DNA from: Eubacteriales bacterium
GTDB taxonomy: Bacteria; Bacillota; Clostridia; Oscillospirales; CAG-272
Assembly (NCBI GenBank): GCA_045659245.1
Contig: JAZOWN010000066.1
Span: 2,213-66,212 of the forward strand
Direction of reading: 5' to 3'
DNA length: 64,000 nucleotides
Positions 8,561 to 18,893 of this stretch are shown piece after piece (the first letter of the stretch is position 1; every line of letters begins with the position of its first letter). The position numbers and the translations under genes are program-made. The notes under the pieces are model-generated. The model had not been told where the DNA came from. It saw nothing but the letters and a program-made list of their open reading frames with translations, and made no database searches.

Positions 8561-10270
8561 TTAAACCTTTTGTGTCTTTGCAAGACAGATAAGTCCGAAT
8601 GCGTTTCCAAGAACGGTATTTGCCGCACGGGTAATCGCGATACGGGTGCTCTTTACGTCCGAGTCGTCCGCACCGAGAATAGTGCAGTTATGATAGAAGC
8701 GGTTGAACGCGCCCGCAACGTCGAGAATGTATCTCGTTATGACAGACGGCTCGTAGGTATCTATCGCGTCACGCACCGTTTCCTCAAATCTGGAGAGCGT
8801 CTTGAGAAGCTCGACCTCCTCGGGTGCGCTTATTTTAAGCTCGCTCTTTGCTTCTCCCTCTGTCTTTGCAAGAACGGAGCAGGTACGCGCATAGGTATAC
8901 TGAACGTAAGGACCTGTGTTGCCCTCAAAATTGAGCGCGTCGTCCATTACGAAGTTTATATCTCTGATTCGGTTATTGGAGAGGTAGTAGAATACTACTG
9001 CGCCGACTCCGATCTGTTCCGCTATTTTCTCTTTACCCTCAAGGTTCGGATTCTTTTCGTTCATTATATCCGCGATCTTTTCAATAGCAAGCGCAAAGAG
9101 GTCGCGTAAAAGAATTACGTTACCCGTTCTCGTTGCAAGCTTTTCGCCGTTTATGCTTACGGTTCCGTAGGGCACGTGTACGAGCTTATCATACCAGTCG
9201 TAGCCCATAAGCTCAACGACCTTGAACCACTGTGCGAAGTGCAAGGACTGGCCTGCGCTCGTAACGTATATCGCCTTATCGAAATCATAGGTATTCTTTC
9301 TGTAAACAGCCGCCGCTATATCTCTTGTGGGATAAAGCGTCGAGCCGTCACGCTTAAGTATAAGGCAAGGCGGCATACCGTATTCCTCAAGGTCAACGAT
9401 AGATGCGCCGTCGTCGATCTTCATAAGTCCCATGTCGCGAAGCTTTTGTACCTCGGCGGGCATCTTATCCGTATAGAACGACTCACCCTTATAGCTGTCA
9501 AACTCGATTCCGAGCTGCGCGTAGGTCTTTTTATATTCGGCAAGGCTTATCTCAACGAACCACTGCCAGAGCGCAATGTTTTCCTCGTCACCCTCCTCGA
9601 GCTTATGGAACTCTGCTCTTGCCGCATCGTTAAGAGAAGCGTCAGCCTCTGCTGCCTCGTGGGACTTAACGTAGAGCTCAACAAGCTTGTCTATTCCACC
9701 CTCTTCTATAAGCTCCTTATTACCCCAGCTGCGGTAAGCAACGATAAGCTTTCCGAACTGCGTTCCCCAGTCGCCAAGATAGTTTATGCCGACGCACTTA
9801 TATCCAGCAAACTCGTGAAGCATCTTAAGCGAATGACCGATAACGGTCGTTCCGAGGTGTCCTATATGGAAGGGCTTTGCCACGTTGGGTGACGAATAGT
9901 CAAGCACAACGGTCCTTCCCTTACCTATATCGGGAGCGCCATATTTCTCACCCTTCTCGTCAACCTCGCTTACTACCTTTTTGGCAAGCGCGCCTCCGTC
10001 AAGGAATATATTGAAATATCCGTTTACAGCCTCCGCACGCTCTACGCAGGGCGCAGAAAAGTCCTCGGCAATAAGCGCGGCGATCTTTACGGGCGCCATA
10101 CGCAAGGTCTTGCTCATCTTAAAGCACGGCAGAGCAAGGTCACCCATCTTGGAGTCGGGCGGGTATTCAAGCATTCCCGCAACGTCACACTCCGTAAGCT
10201 CTATCTGCGGATTTATCGACCGTAGCTTATCAACAATATTTTTAGCAATTGCACTCTTTATTTGAAGCAT
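8561..10270 (-). CDS. argS: arginine--tRNA ligase
   Basis: 569 aa with class I HIGH-type motif (PFHIGHLGTT) and typical ArgS N- and C-terminal domains. Confidence 0.9.
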   Translation of the reverse strand: MLQIKSAIAKNIVDKLRSINPQIELTECDVAGMLEYPPDSKMGDLALPCFKMSKTLRMAPVKIAALIAEDFSAPCVERAEAVNGYFNIFLDGGALAKKVVSEVDEKGEKYGAPDIGKGRTVVLDYSSPNVAKPFHIGHLGTTVIGHSLKMLHEFAGYKCVGINYLGDWGTQFGKLIVAYRSWGNKELIEEGGIDKLVELYVKSHEAAEADASLNDAARAEFHKLEEGDEENIALWQWFVEISLAEYKKTYAQLGIEFDSYKGESFYTDKMPAEVQKLRDMGLMKIDDGASIVDLEEYGMPPCLILKRDGSTLYPTRDIAAAVYRKNTYDFDKAIYVTSAGQSLHFAQWFKVVELMGYDWYDKLVHVPYGTVSINGEKLATRTGNVILLRDLFALAIEKIADIMNEKNPNLEGKEKIAEQIGVGAVVFYYLSNNRIRDINFVMDDALNFEGNTGPYVQYTYARTCSVLAKTEGEAKSELKISAPEEVELLKTLSRFEETVRDAIDTYEPSVITRYILDVAGAFNRFYHNCTILGADDSDVKSTRIAITRAANTVLGNAFGLICLAKTQKV

Positions 10271-10361
10271 CTATCAAATCTCCTTCGCTGACTAATCACA
10301 AATAATAATTATACTACTAAACCTCTCTTTTTTCAAGAGGTTAATTTCTTTTTTATTAAAT

Positions 10362-10838
10362 TCACACCGTCACGTCGCAAAGCACGGCACCTGTAAAGCG
10401 CAAGATGTCCTCGCGCGACAAAAGAAGCTGTATTCCTCTGACTCCCGCGCTCACGGTAAGCTCATCGACATTCTCCGCAGACGCGTCAAAATACGTCGGG
10501 AATTTCTTCTTCATACCTATCGGCGAGCAGCCGCCGCGTATGTATCCCGTTGTTCCGAGCAGCTCCTTGACTGCAAGCGGCTCTATTTTCTTGCTTCTTG
10601 TGGCTACCGCCGCGCGTTTAAGATCTATCTCCTTATGGCAGGGCACGCAGAAAACGTATACGTTTCCCTTATCCGAGCGAGTAACGATAGTTTTAAACAC
10701 TTTTTCATAGGGCAAGCCGATACAGTCTGCTATATGCGTACCCGACAGGTCGTTTTCGTCCACCTCGTATTCACACGGAGTATACTTTATCTTAGCCGCG
10801 TCAAGCTGCCGCATTGCATTGGTTTTATTCATCTTCAC
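10362..10838 (-). CDS. ybaK: Cys-tRNA(Pro)/Cys-tRNA(Cys) deacylase YbaK
   Basis: 158 aa starting NKTNAMRQLDAAKIKY, with a YbaK/ProX editing-domain pattern. Start overlaps the recN stop. Confidence 0.75.
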   Translation of the reverse strand: MKMNKTNAMRQLDAAKIKYTPCEYEVDENDLSGTHIADCIGLPYEKVFKTIVTRSDKGNVYVFCVPCHKEIDLKRAAVATRSKKIEPLAVKELLGTTGYIRGGCSPIGMKKKFPTYFDASAENVDELTVSAGVRGIQLLLSREDILRFTGAVLCDVTV

Positions 10839-12511
10839 GGGTAGGTCTCTCCCTCTCTTATCATTTCCTCGGCAGCCTCCCTTACGGTCTCGGTAATTTC
10901 AATTCCGCCGAGTATTCTTGATATCTCCTCTATTCTTCCCTCTCTGTCAAGAAGCGTAAGCGAGGTGCTTACTCTCTCTCCGTCGTCGGTCTTGAAGATA
11001 CGCAAGTGATTGTGTGCAAGAGAAGCTATCTGTGCCGAGTGAGTAACACAAAGCACCTGTGACGTGCCTGCTATCTCCTTAAGCTTAATACCGACCTTGC
11101 GTGATGTCTTGCCCGAAATACCCGTGTCTATCTCATCGAATATTACGGTTTTTAGTCCATCACACTCGTTAAGCACGTTTTTAAGCGAGAGCATAATTCT
11201 TGCAAGCTCACCGCCCGAAGCGATCTTCTCCATAGGCATAAGCGGCTCACCTGCATTGGTTGCTATCAAGAACTCAACTCTGTCGCGTCCCGTGGAATTA
11301 AAATCGTCCGTAGGCGTAACGCTCACCTCAAAGCGCACCTTGGGCATATCAAGAAACGTCAAGGTCTCGCATACGCGCTTGCTAAGCCTCCTTGCTCCCT
11401 CTCTGCGTGCAGCCGTAAGAGTAGCGGCAAGCTTGTTGGCGCGCTCAACAGCTCCGTTCAGCTCGTCCTCAAGCTCCTCGAGAAGCTCGTCCGAGTTTTC
11501 GATTCCGGAAAGTCTTTGTGCAGCAGATGCTCGAAAATCGAGGATCTCCTCGACCGTACTGCCGTATTTGCGCTTGAGCTTTGATATGGCATTAAGTCTG
11601 CTCTGCGCCTTATCAAGGCTTGATACTACGTCCACCTCACCAAAATCGTTTATATCCCTTGCGCACTCTGCGATATCCTCAAGCTCGTAGGAAACGTCCC
11701 AAAGTCTTTTTGCGATTTCCGTCGCTCCGCTGACCGCGTCACTCACCGATTCAAGCGCCTCTGCCGCCCTCGTTACAAGGTATGCCGCGCCGTGCATTTT
11801 CTCAGATCCCGTTATTGCCTTATCCGCCAAGGCGCACGCGCGGCTTATCTTCTCCGCACTCTGAAGCTTCTTTACAAGCTCCTCAAGCGCTTCCTCCTCG
11901 CCTCTTTTCAACTTAACGACATCTATATCATTTATTTGGAATTTCAGCATCTCGCCAAGACGAGCGCGCTCCATAGCGTCGTTTTTGATCTCGGCTATAC
12001 GCGCACGAATGGACGTAATGCGTCTGTATTCCTCGGTATACTCGGAGAGTCTTTCTCCGTTAACAGAAAAATTATCAAGCAGTCTTACGTGGTTTTTTTG
12101 CTCCATGAGCTGTTGGTTGTCGTTCTGTCCATGAATACCGATGAGCATTCCGCCGATCTCGCGAAGCATAGAAGCAGTAACGCCTCTGCCGTTTATACGA
12201 GCGGCAGACGAGCTCTGCGTGAGTGTCCTTGCGAGCATGACCGTTCCGTCCTCGCATTCGATCCCAAGCTCGTTCATCTTACATTGGACAGCCTCGCCAA
12301 CGTCCGTAAACACAGCGCTTACGCTCGCTCTCTGCTCTCCCGTGCGTATAAGCTCCTTGTCAGCCTTTGCGCCGAGCAACAGAGATATACTGTCAATTAT
12401 TATGGATTTTCCTGCGCCCGTCTCACCCGAAAGCACCGTCATTCCCGAAGAAAATTCGACGTCAAGCGACTTTACGACCGCAATGTTTTCAATATGAAGT
12501 GAGTTTACCAT
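10835..12511 (-). CDS. recN: DNA repair protein RecN
   Basis: 558 aa with N-terminal GETGAGKS Walker A, a long coiled coil and a C-terminal SGGE signature plus Walker B. Confidence 0.95.
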   Translation of the reverse strand: MVNSLHIENIAVVKSLDVEFSSGMTVLSGETGAGKSIIIDSISLLLGAKADKELIRTGEQRASVSAVFTDVGEAVQCKMNELGIECEDGTVMLARTLTQSSSAARINGRGVTASMLREIGGMLIGIHGQNDNQQLMEQKNHVRLLDNFSVNGERLSEYTEEYRRITSIRARIAEIKNDAMERARLGEMLKFQINDIDVVKLKRGEEEALEELVKKLQSAEKISRACALADKAITGSEKMHGAAYLVTRAAEALESVSDAVSGATEIAKRLWDVSYELEDIAECARDINDFGEVDVVSSLDKAQSRLNAISKLKRKYGSTVEEILDFRASAAQRLSGIENSDELLEELEDELNGAVERANKLAATLTAARREGARRLSKRVCETLTFLDMPKVRFEVSVTPTDDFNSTGRDRVEFLIATNAGEPLMPMEKIASGGELARIMLSLKNVLNECDGLKTVIFDEIDTGISGKTSRKVGIKLKEIAGTSQVLCVTHSAQIASLAHNHLRIFKTDDGERVSTSLTLLDREGRIEEISRILGGIEITETVREAAEEMIREGETYP

Positions 12512-12515
12512 GCAC

Positions 12516-12962
12516 TCAACGTCCCTTCATAAGCTCGCGCAGCTGCCAGCAAAGCTCCTCAGCACCCGCTTCCGTGTCGGTGACTATAATGATGGTATCG
12601 TCACCCGCTACACAGCCGAGTATGGTTTTATACTGCAACGAATCAACGCCTGATGCAATTGCCTGCGCCATTCCTGGATAGGTCTTGATAACGACGTTAT
12701 TCATAGCGTATCTTACGTCAACTATCGACTGAACGATAGAATTATTGAGATTCATGTTGACGTAAAAATTATTTGTTCCGTATTTATATCCGCCCTTAGA
12801 GGACATATTCTTGGTAAGCTTTAGCTCGCGCAGATCTCGCGAGACCGTCGCCTGCGTGACCTTAAACCCCTCCGCGCGGAGAAGCTCGGTTATTTCCTCT
12901 TGCGTATGAACCTCGTTTTTAGACAGAATATCAAGTATTCTCGCCTGTCTTTCACCTTTCAT
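12516..12962 (-). CDS. argR: arginine repressor
   Basis: 148 aa, RQARILDIL...TQATVSRDL winged helix plus a C-terminal GTIAGDDT-like oligomerisation domain. Conserved position beside recN. Confidence 0.85.
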   Translation of the reverse strand: MKGERQARILDILSKNEVHTQEEITELLRAEGFKVTQATVSRDLRELKLTKNMSSKGGYKYGTNNFYVNMNLNNSIVQSIVDVRYAMNNVVIKTYPGMAQAIASGVDSLQYKTILGCVAGDDTIIIVTDTEAGAEELCWQLRELMKGR

Positions 12963-12972
12963 TTTGCTCTCC

Positions 12973-13842
12973 TTAAAGAAGCTTTTTAAGTCTTATTTTA
13001 GAACAAAAGCCCTCGTCCTTTACACGAAGAAGCTTTGCTTCGGTCTTTGCTCTCGTTATTACCGCCGTATCGCCGTGATACATCTCGAATGTTGCCTTAC
13101 CGTCAACCGTCAGGTGAAGCATTTTTTCGCGAACGCAAATATTCTTTACGCGAAGCTCTGCCTTGTCGGGAAAAACGAGAGGTCTTGCCAAAAGTGAGTG
13201 GGGGCACACCGGAGTGACGCATATACATGAAAGTCTCGGATCAACGATAGGACCTCCCGCGGAAAGCGAATATGCCGTTGAGCCCGTGGGAGTAGCGATC
13301 ACAAGACCGTCCGCACGATAGGTGCTTACAAGCTCCTTGCCGTCCGACAGCTCAAGGTCGATTATACGTGCGGTCGAGCCGTTTGCGATAACCGCCTCGT
13401 TAAGGGCAAGCGCCGAAAATCTGTTTGCTCCGTTTGATGACACTATCTTAACGGACAGCATCGCTCTCTTGTCAAGCACGTATTTTCCGTTAAAAACGTT
13501 ATCAAGAAGGTCGAGCTCATCCATCTCAAGCTCGGTCATGTATCCAACGCGTCCCATGTTTATTCCAAGCACGGGAATGTCGCAAAGAGACGCGCGTCTT
13601 ACAGCGTCGAGCATAGAGCCGTCGCCGCCTATCACTATCACCAGCTCCGCCGAGGAATATATCTCGTCAAGGGGAGCGTATGTATAAACGCTTTTATGCA
13701 AGTGAGCGCGCATAACTCTATCCTTGTAAATTTCGGGGATAAATATTTGGTCAGCACGATCTCCGATAACGTCAGCGACACGGCTTGCCGACTCAAGCTT
13801 TTCGGTAATATTAAAATTAGTTATAAGAGCAATTTTTTTCAT
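12973..13842 (-). CDS. nadK: NAD(+) kinase
   Basis: 289 aa with the GGDGSML motif and conserved synteny. Confidence 0.9.
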   Translation of the reverse strand: MKKIALITNFNITEKLESASRVADVIGDRADQIFIPEIYKDRVMRAHLHKSVYTYAPLDEIYSSAELVIVIGGDGSMLDAVRRASLCDIPVLGINMGRVGYMTELEMDELDLLDNVFNGKYVLDKRAMLSVKIVSSNGANRFSALALNEAVIANGSTARIIDLELSDGKELVSTYRADGLVIATPTGSTAYSLSAGGPIVDPRLSCICVTPVCPHSLLARPLVFPDKAELRVKNICVREKMLHLTVDGKATFEMYHGDTAVITRAKTEAKLLRVKDEGFCSKIRLKKLL

Positions 13843-13862
13843 GCTTTAGCTCCCTCTTTGCG

Positions 13863-14645
13863 CTACTGCGCAGTAATTCTTTTGATTGTTTTATCGTCTA
13901 CGCGCGGCTTTACACACTCGCGCTTGACAAAATATGCAAGGTATTCCTTATTTCCGTCACCGCCCTCAATGGGGGAACGAATAAGTCCTATGCAGTCAAA
14001 GCCGTGCTCGACAGCAAAGCTTATGACTCTTTTTGCAGCAAGATATCTGTAAGCGCCGCTGCTGACGACTCCGTTTTTGCCGAGAGCAGAGCGCCCAGCC
14101 TCAAACTGCGGCTTGATCAGACTTACAAAAATCCCGTTGTCCTTTAACACGGAAAAAATTCCTTCGATAACGTAGGTCTGCGAGATAAACGACAGGTCAG
14201 CAACCGCAATATCGCAAAGACCCTCGGTTATATCGGGGGTAAGCTCTCTTGCGTTAAACTGCTCAATGCTTCTTACCCGACTGTCCGAAAGAAGCGTCGG
14301 GTGAAGCTGTCCGACTCCCGCGTCAATAGCAAAGACCTCTTTCGCGCCTCTGGACAAAAGGCAGTCCGTAAAGCCGCCCGTTGAAGCGCCCACGTCCACC
14401 GCCTTCATTCGGTTTACGTTGATACGAAACGCATCAAGCGCCGCCTCAAGCTTCATACCGCCTCGGCTGACGTATTTGAAAAGCTGTTCTATCTCGACCT
14501 CATGAGAAACAACCTCATTTATGAGCGCAGATGCCTTTTTAACGGCAACGCCGTCGATCCTTATCGCACCTGCGGCAATAAGGTCCTGTGCCTTCTTTCG
14601 GCTTTCGGTATGCCCGAACGTTGCAAGATAAACGTCCGCCCTCAT
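13863..14645 (-). CDS. tlyA: TlyA-family rRNA (cytidine-2'-O)-methyltransferase
   Basis: S4-like N-terminus (RADVYL...SR..A..LI..G) followed by an FtsJ-type methyltransferase domain (VDVGASTGGFTD). Confidence 0.85.
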   Translation of the reverse strand: MRADVYLATFGHTESRKKAQDLIAAGAIRIDGVAVKKASALINEVVSHEVEIEQLFKYVSRGGMKLEAALDAFRINVNRMKAVDVGASTGGFTDCLLSRGAKEVFAIDAGVGQLHPTLLSDSRVRSIEQFNARELTPDITEGLCDIAVADLSFISQTYVIEGIFSVLKDNGIFVSLIKPQFEAGRSALGKNGVVSSGAYRYLAAKRVISFAVEHGFDCIGLIRSPIEGGDGNKEYLAYFVKRECVKPRVDDKTIKRITAQ

Positions 14646-15133
14646 ATCGTCGCCAACGGTATATTCATAACAAACTTCATTATAATAGCAACTGCCAAAC
14701 CGAGCGCCGCGCCCGCATAGACCTGAGCGTGCGTATGTCCGACAAGCTCCTTAAGTCCCGCGTTTATTTCATTTGCGTCCTCGGAGAAGAGCTTATGGGT
14801 TATGCGCTTAAGAATTATATTCTGCTGTCCCGTCTGATATCTTACTCCGCTTGCGTCAGTCATAACTATTCCCGCAAGATCGAACGTAGCCGCAAACACA
14901 GCAGAGTCAAGTCCCTCTTTGATACCCGTTGCCATGCAAAGTCCCAATACGCTTGAGGAGTGGGAGCTGGGCATGCCGCCCGTCGAAAAGAAGATCTTAA
15001 AAATGTTTTCTCCCCTTTTGGTGAAAAGCCCGATAATGACCTTGATAAGCTGCGCCAAAAACCAGGATATGAGCGCGCTCAAAAACACGTAATTAGTAAA
15101 TAACTGTTTGAAATGTTCCCAAAACTGTACCAT
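14642..15133 (-). CDS. divergent PAP2-family membrane protein (DUF212-type)
   Basis: 163 aa membrane protein with GGMPSSHSS and VGHT motifs. Confidence 0.7.
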   Translation of the reverse strand: MVQFWEHFKQLFTNYVFLSALISWFLAQLIKVIIGLFTKRGENIFKIFFSTGGMPSSHSSSVLGLCMATGIKEGLDSAVFAATFDLAGIVMTDASGVRYQTGQQNIILKRITHKLFSEDANEINAGLKELVGHTHAQVYAGAALGLAVAIIMKFVMNIPLATI

Positions 15134-15159
15134 GTGTCCTCCAAAAGTTGTAAAATTTA

Positions 15160-16062
15160 TTATTTATGTCTTTCAAGCAAATAACATGCAAAATCCGTAA
15201 GAAGCTCCGAGCCCTCGATATCGCTTATCGCGCTTATCGCCCTTTGAGTAAGCTCTCCTGCGAATGCCCTTGCCTCGTCCACCGAATAAAAGGTCAAAAA
15301 CGTCGTCTTATTATTCATCGCGTCAGAGCCTACCGATTTACCAAGCTCCTCCTCGCTGGATACGAGGTCAAGGATATCGTCTATGACCTGAAACGCAAGC
15401 CCGATATTCTTCGCGTATTCGCAGAGCTTTTGCGTTTTAGGCTCTTCCCCGCCGTATCCTGCGGCAAGACACCCAAGCCTTACCGAGCATTCTATAAGTG
15501 CTCCCGTTTTATGGGAATGGAGCCTCAGGAGCGCTTCAAAATCAAGCTCACGGCTCTCACCCATAAGGTCTATTACCTGTCCGCCTATCATTCCGCGCTC
15601 GCCTGCCGCGCTCGACAAAATACGAACAGCCTCGATACGCTCGGACGGTGATAGGCTTTCCGCCTCGGCTATCACACCGAATGCCTTTGTCAGAAGCGCA
15701 TCTCCAGCCAAAAGCGCGTTGGCATATCCGAATTTTTTATGATTTGAGGGCTTCCCACGACGGAAATCGTCGTCGTCCATGCAAGGAAGATCGTCGTGGA
15801 TAAGCGAATACGTGTGGATCATTTCAATGGCACACGCAAGCGGCATTGACTTACTGACGTCTCCACCCAAAAGCTCACAGGCAGAGTTCACAAGAAAAGG
15901 TCTTACCCTTTTTCCGCCGTCAAGCAAGGAATATCTCTCTGCTTCCAGCACCACGCCGTAGTCGTCGTCCTCTCCTGCGGATACCTCGGCAAGCGCCGTC
16001 TCCGTCAGCTTTGCATTTTTGGAAATAGCGTCCTCAAGTCTTTCATACGCATATTTTTCCAT
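15160..16062 (-). CDS. ispA: polyprenyl (farnesyl/geranylgeranyl) diphosphate synthase
   Basis: 300 aa with two Asp-rich motifs (LIHDDLPCMDDDD and VIDDILD). Conserved position next to xseB. Confidence 0.85.
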   Translation of the reverse strand: MEKYAYERLEDAISKNAKLTETALAEVSAGEDDDYGVVLEAERYSLLDGGKRVRPFLVNSACELLGGDVSKSMPLACAIEMIHTYSLIHDDLPCMDDDDFRRGKPSNHKKFGYANALLAGDALLTKAFGVIAEAESLSPSERIEAVRILSSAAGERGMIGGQVIDLMGESRELDFEALLRLHSHKTGALIECSVRLGCLAAGYGGEEPKTQKLCEYAKNIGLAFQVIDDILDLVSSEEELGKSVGSDAMNNKTTFLTFYSVDEARAFAGELTQRAISAISDIEGSELLTDFACYLLERHK

Positions 16063-16066
16063 AAAA

Positions 16067-16327
16067 TTATTCTCCTATACCCGATGCATCGAACGGCGCG
16101 ACAACTATTTCTCCGTCTGCCGTCATTTTAAGCTCATTTATTTTTCTTTGAGCATTCTCAAGCTTTGAGTTGCACTGTCTTACGAGCGCAACGCCCTCCT
16201 CGTAAAGAGCCAAAGACTCCTCAAGGCTTACGTTCTCTCGCGACATAAGCGCGACCACATCTTCAAGACGCTTCATAGCCGTCTCAAGATCGTATTTCTC
16301 TATATTTTTAGTTTTTTCCGACATCAT
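16067..16327 (-). CDS. xseB: exodeoxyribonuclease VII small subunit
   Basis: Short helical protein (LEDVVALMSRENVSLEESLALYEEG). Start placed at the ATG pair after GGAGG, overlapping the end of xseA. Confidence 0.85.
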   Translation of the reverse strand: MMSEKTKNIEKYDLETAMKRLEDVVALMSRENVSLEESLALYEEGVALVRQCNSKLENAQRKINELKMTADGEIVVAPFDASGIGE

Positions 16328-17534
16328 TTTCCTCCGTTTTGCATTCAACTCTCGCTAAAATACTTCCGTCTCTGACGCGCACGGATATGCCGTCGCCCGA
16401 CTTAACGTCGCTTACCGAGCTTACGATATTTCCATTTTCATCGAGCGTCATACTGTATCCGCGCCTTATTACGGACATTGGATTTACGCTTTCAAGTCTG
16501 CCCACAGCCGCGCCAAGCATAAGTCTTTTGCTCTCGATGGCATTCGACATATTCGCAGAAAGCAGCTCACTTGCTCTATTTAATCTCATACCCATGCTTT
16601 CAAGGCGAGCACTCGGCGAGCGTGCATCAAGCTGTAAGGAATATTCATTGATCCTTTTCGCATAGCCTGCGAGAATTCGGTCGATCGCACCCTCAAGCTT
16701 GTCCTCTTTGTCGACAAGCCCCTCCATAAGGGAGAACTTATCGGGAACAGACGTTTCTGCCGCCGCCGACGGCGTGGGCGCACGAAGATCTGCCGCGTAG
16801 TCACAAAGCGTGGTATCCGTTTCATGTCCGACCGCCGAAATTATCGGCACGGGGCACGCCGCTACCGCTCTTACGAGCGCTTCGTCATTAAATGCAAACA
16901 AGTCCTCTGCAGAGCCCCCTCCACGTCCTATTATTATGACGTCGCACTCACCCGTAGCTATCAAAAGCTCAAGTGAGGCACAAAGGCTCTTAGGTGCCTC
17001 AACGCCCTGCACAAGAGCAGGACTTATCAAAAGCTCTGCTGAGGGAAAGCGTCTTCCCGTAACGTTTATTATATCGCGTATCGCCGCGCCCGTAGGCGAG
17101 GTAACGACGCCTATTCTTTTTGGGTACGTCGGCAGCGGTCTCTTTTTCTCGGGTGCGAAAACCCCTTCAGCTTCAAGCCTTGCTTTGAGAAGCAAGAACT
17201 GCCTATACATCTCGCCTATCCCACCGTCGGTCATGGCGCTGACGTAGATCTGGTATTTTCCGCTCGCCTCATATACGGAGACCTTGCCGTAGACTACGAC
17301 GGTCATACCGCTTTTAGGGGCAAAGGCAAGTCTGTCTGCGGCGCTTCTGAACATTATCGCCGATATTTCCGAGCGCTCGTCCTTAAGCGTAAAATACAGG
17401 TGTCCTGACGTATGCCTCTTGAAATTCGATATTTCTCCGCGTATCGCAACACTTGAGAGAAAATCGTCGTTATCCATCATAAGCTTGATGTAGCCGTTGA
17501 GCTGTGTTACGCTAAGCGCTTCTCTTTCATTCAT
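16308..17534 (-). CDS. xseA: exodeoxyribonuclease VII large subunit
   Basis: 408 aa with an OB-fold N-terminus (VRGEISNFKRHTSGHLYFTLKD) and the catalytic core. Confidence 0.9.
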   Translation of the reverse strand: MNEREALSVTQLNGYIKLMMDNDDFLSSVAIRGEISNFKRHTSGHLYFTLKDERSEISAIMFRSAADRLAFAPKSGMTVVVYGKVSVYEASGKYQIYVSAMTDGGIGEMYRQFLLLKARLEAEGVFAPEKKRPLPTYPKRIGVVTSPTGAAIRDIINVTGRRFPSAELLISPALVQGVEAPKSLCASLELLIATGECDVIIIGRGGGSAEDLFAFNDEALVRAVAACPVPIISAVGHETDTTLCDYAADLRAPTPSAAAETSVPDKFSLMEGLVDKEDKLEGAIDRILAGYAKRINEYSLQLDARSPSARLESMGMRLNRASELLSANMSNAIESKRLMLGAAVGRLESVNPMSVIRRGYSMTLDENGNIVSSVSDVKSGDGISVRVRDGSILARVECKTEENDVGKN

Positions 17535-18486
17535 GGCTCACCTCAGCTAAATACTGCCGTCTGCAAAGCAGTGCTATTCCCGCCGCATTGTCCGCCGAAA
17601 ACTCGGGGGCGCAAAAATGCGCATCGCACGACGCTGACAGCCGCTCACGCATTATTTTATTTGACATAACTCCCCCTGCAAACACCGTAGGCATATTGCC
17701 GTAAGAAGCCGTTATATCCTCACACATTTTTTGGAGCGTACGCCCGACAAAGTCAAATACGAACGCCGCCACCGCCGTTTTATCTCCCGTCTTTTCATAA
17801 AGCCTTGCGGCGATATTCTCAATACCCGAAAGGCTGCACACTCCGTTCTTGACCGTAACGGGATGACTATACGGCTTGTCGCCAAAGTCTTTCGCAAGCG
17901 CTTCAAGCGCCGCGCCGCACGGGAAAGAAAATCCCATAGCAACTCCCACTCTGTCGATCGCCTGCCCCGCGTTAATATCCGCCGTATTTCCGACAAGCTC
18001 AACGTCAAAGCCTATCTTCGTCGGCTTTGCGATAACCGCCTCGGTCGTTCCGCCCGACACGTGAAAGGCAAGAAATCTTTCTTTTTCGAGCAAGCCGAGC
18101 TGTCCCGAGGAATAACGCGCCGCCATAATATGCCCGCTCTGGTGAGAAAGCTCAAAGACGGGAAGCGAGGACGACGCCGCAAATGCATAAGCCGCGCTCT
18201 TGCCTGAGAGGAAGCAAGGCATATATGAATCCTCTACGTCTCTCGGTCGCACGGACACACCGACCGCCACGGGCGTATATTCGCGCATCACGTCGTCAAG
18301 CCCCGCCATAAGCACGGGGAGATTGCGAACGTGCTCGAAAACCGCCTCAGACTGTCTGAGTCCTCTCTCCCCTGCCTTTACGGGCAAGGGTATCTTGCGG
18401 TTTGCAACTATTCTGCCCTCTCCGTCCGAAACGGCAACAGAGGTGGTATAGTTGCTCGTATCAAATCCTACAAAGCAGGGCTTCAT
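17527..18486 (-). CDS. Kae1/TsaD-like (ASKHA-fold, peptidase M22 family) protein
   Basis: 319 aa, N-terminus FVGFDTSNYTTSVAV and an H-x3-H motif (SHQSGHI) resembling the TsaD metal site. Shorter than canonical TsaD. Confidence 0.5.
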   Translation of the reverse strand: MKPCFVGFDTSNYTTSVAVSDGEGRIVANRKIPLPVKAGERGLRQSEAVFEHVRNLPVLMAGLDDVMREYTPVAVGVSVRPRDVEDSYMPCFLSGKSAAYAFAASSSLPVFELSHQSGHIMAARYSSGQLGLLEKERFLAFHVSGGTTEAVIAKPTKIGFDVELVGNTADINAGQAIDRVGVAMGFSFPCGAALEALAKDFGDKPYSHPVTVKNGVCSLSGIENIAARLYEKTGDKTAVAAFVFDFVGRTLQKMCEDITASYGNMPTVFAGGVMSNKIMRERLSASCDAHFCAPEFSADNAAGIALLCRRQYLAEVSHE

Positions 18487-18893
18487 TTTGCTTCGAGTGC
18501 GTTTTTAACGGAATTGAGAATGCCGTTTACAAACGGACGAGCCTTTTCGTCGTCAAACTTCTTCGTAAGCTCGACCGCCTCATTTATGGAAACTCTGTAT
18601 GGAATATCCTCGTAAAGCATCTCGTATACGCAAAGACGAAGGATCGAGCGCGACATCTTGGACATACGCTCCGTCTTCCAGCCCTTGGAATGCTCGCCGA
18701 TAAGCGCGTCTATCTCTGCAAGGTTATCGTACACGCCGAAGTATCCTCTTGAAATGTATTCGTCCTCAGGGATTTCTCTGTCCTCGACTGCAAGTGCAAA
18801 AACGGCGTTTACGTCCTCGCCCTGATGAAACTCGGTTCCAAACAGCAAGCCTGCCAAAATCTCTCTCGCTTCTTTTCTACTGATAATTGCCAT
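18483..18893 (-). CDS. nusB: transcription antitermination factor NusB
   Basis: 136 aa, RKEAREILAGLLF N-terminus, conserved synteny. Confidence 0.9.
   Translation of the reverse strand: MAIISRKEAREILAGLLFGTEFHQGEDVNAVFALAVEDREIPEDEYISRGYFGVYDNLAEIDALIGEHSKGWKTERMSKMSRSILRLCVYEMLYEDIPYRVSINEAVELTKKFDDEKARPFVNGILNSVKNALEAK

Noticed and set aside
10271-10361. T-box leaders upstream of argS and hisS (24235-24418)
   Set aside because: The leaders are too short (under 100 nt after the promoters) and lack specifier-loop or T-box sequence features.
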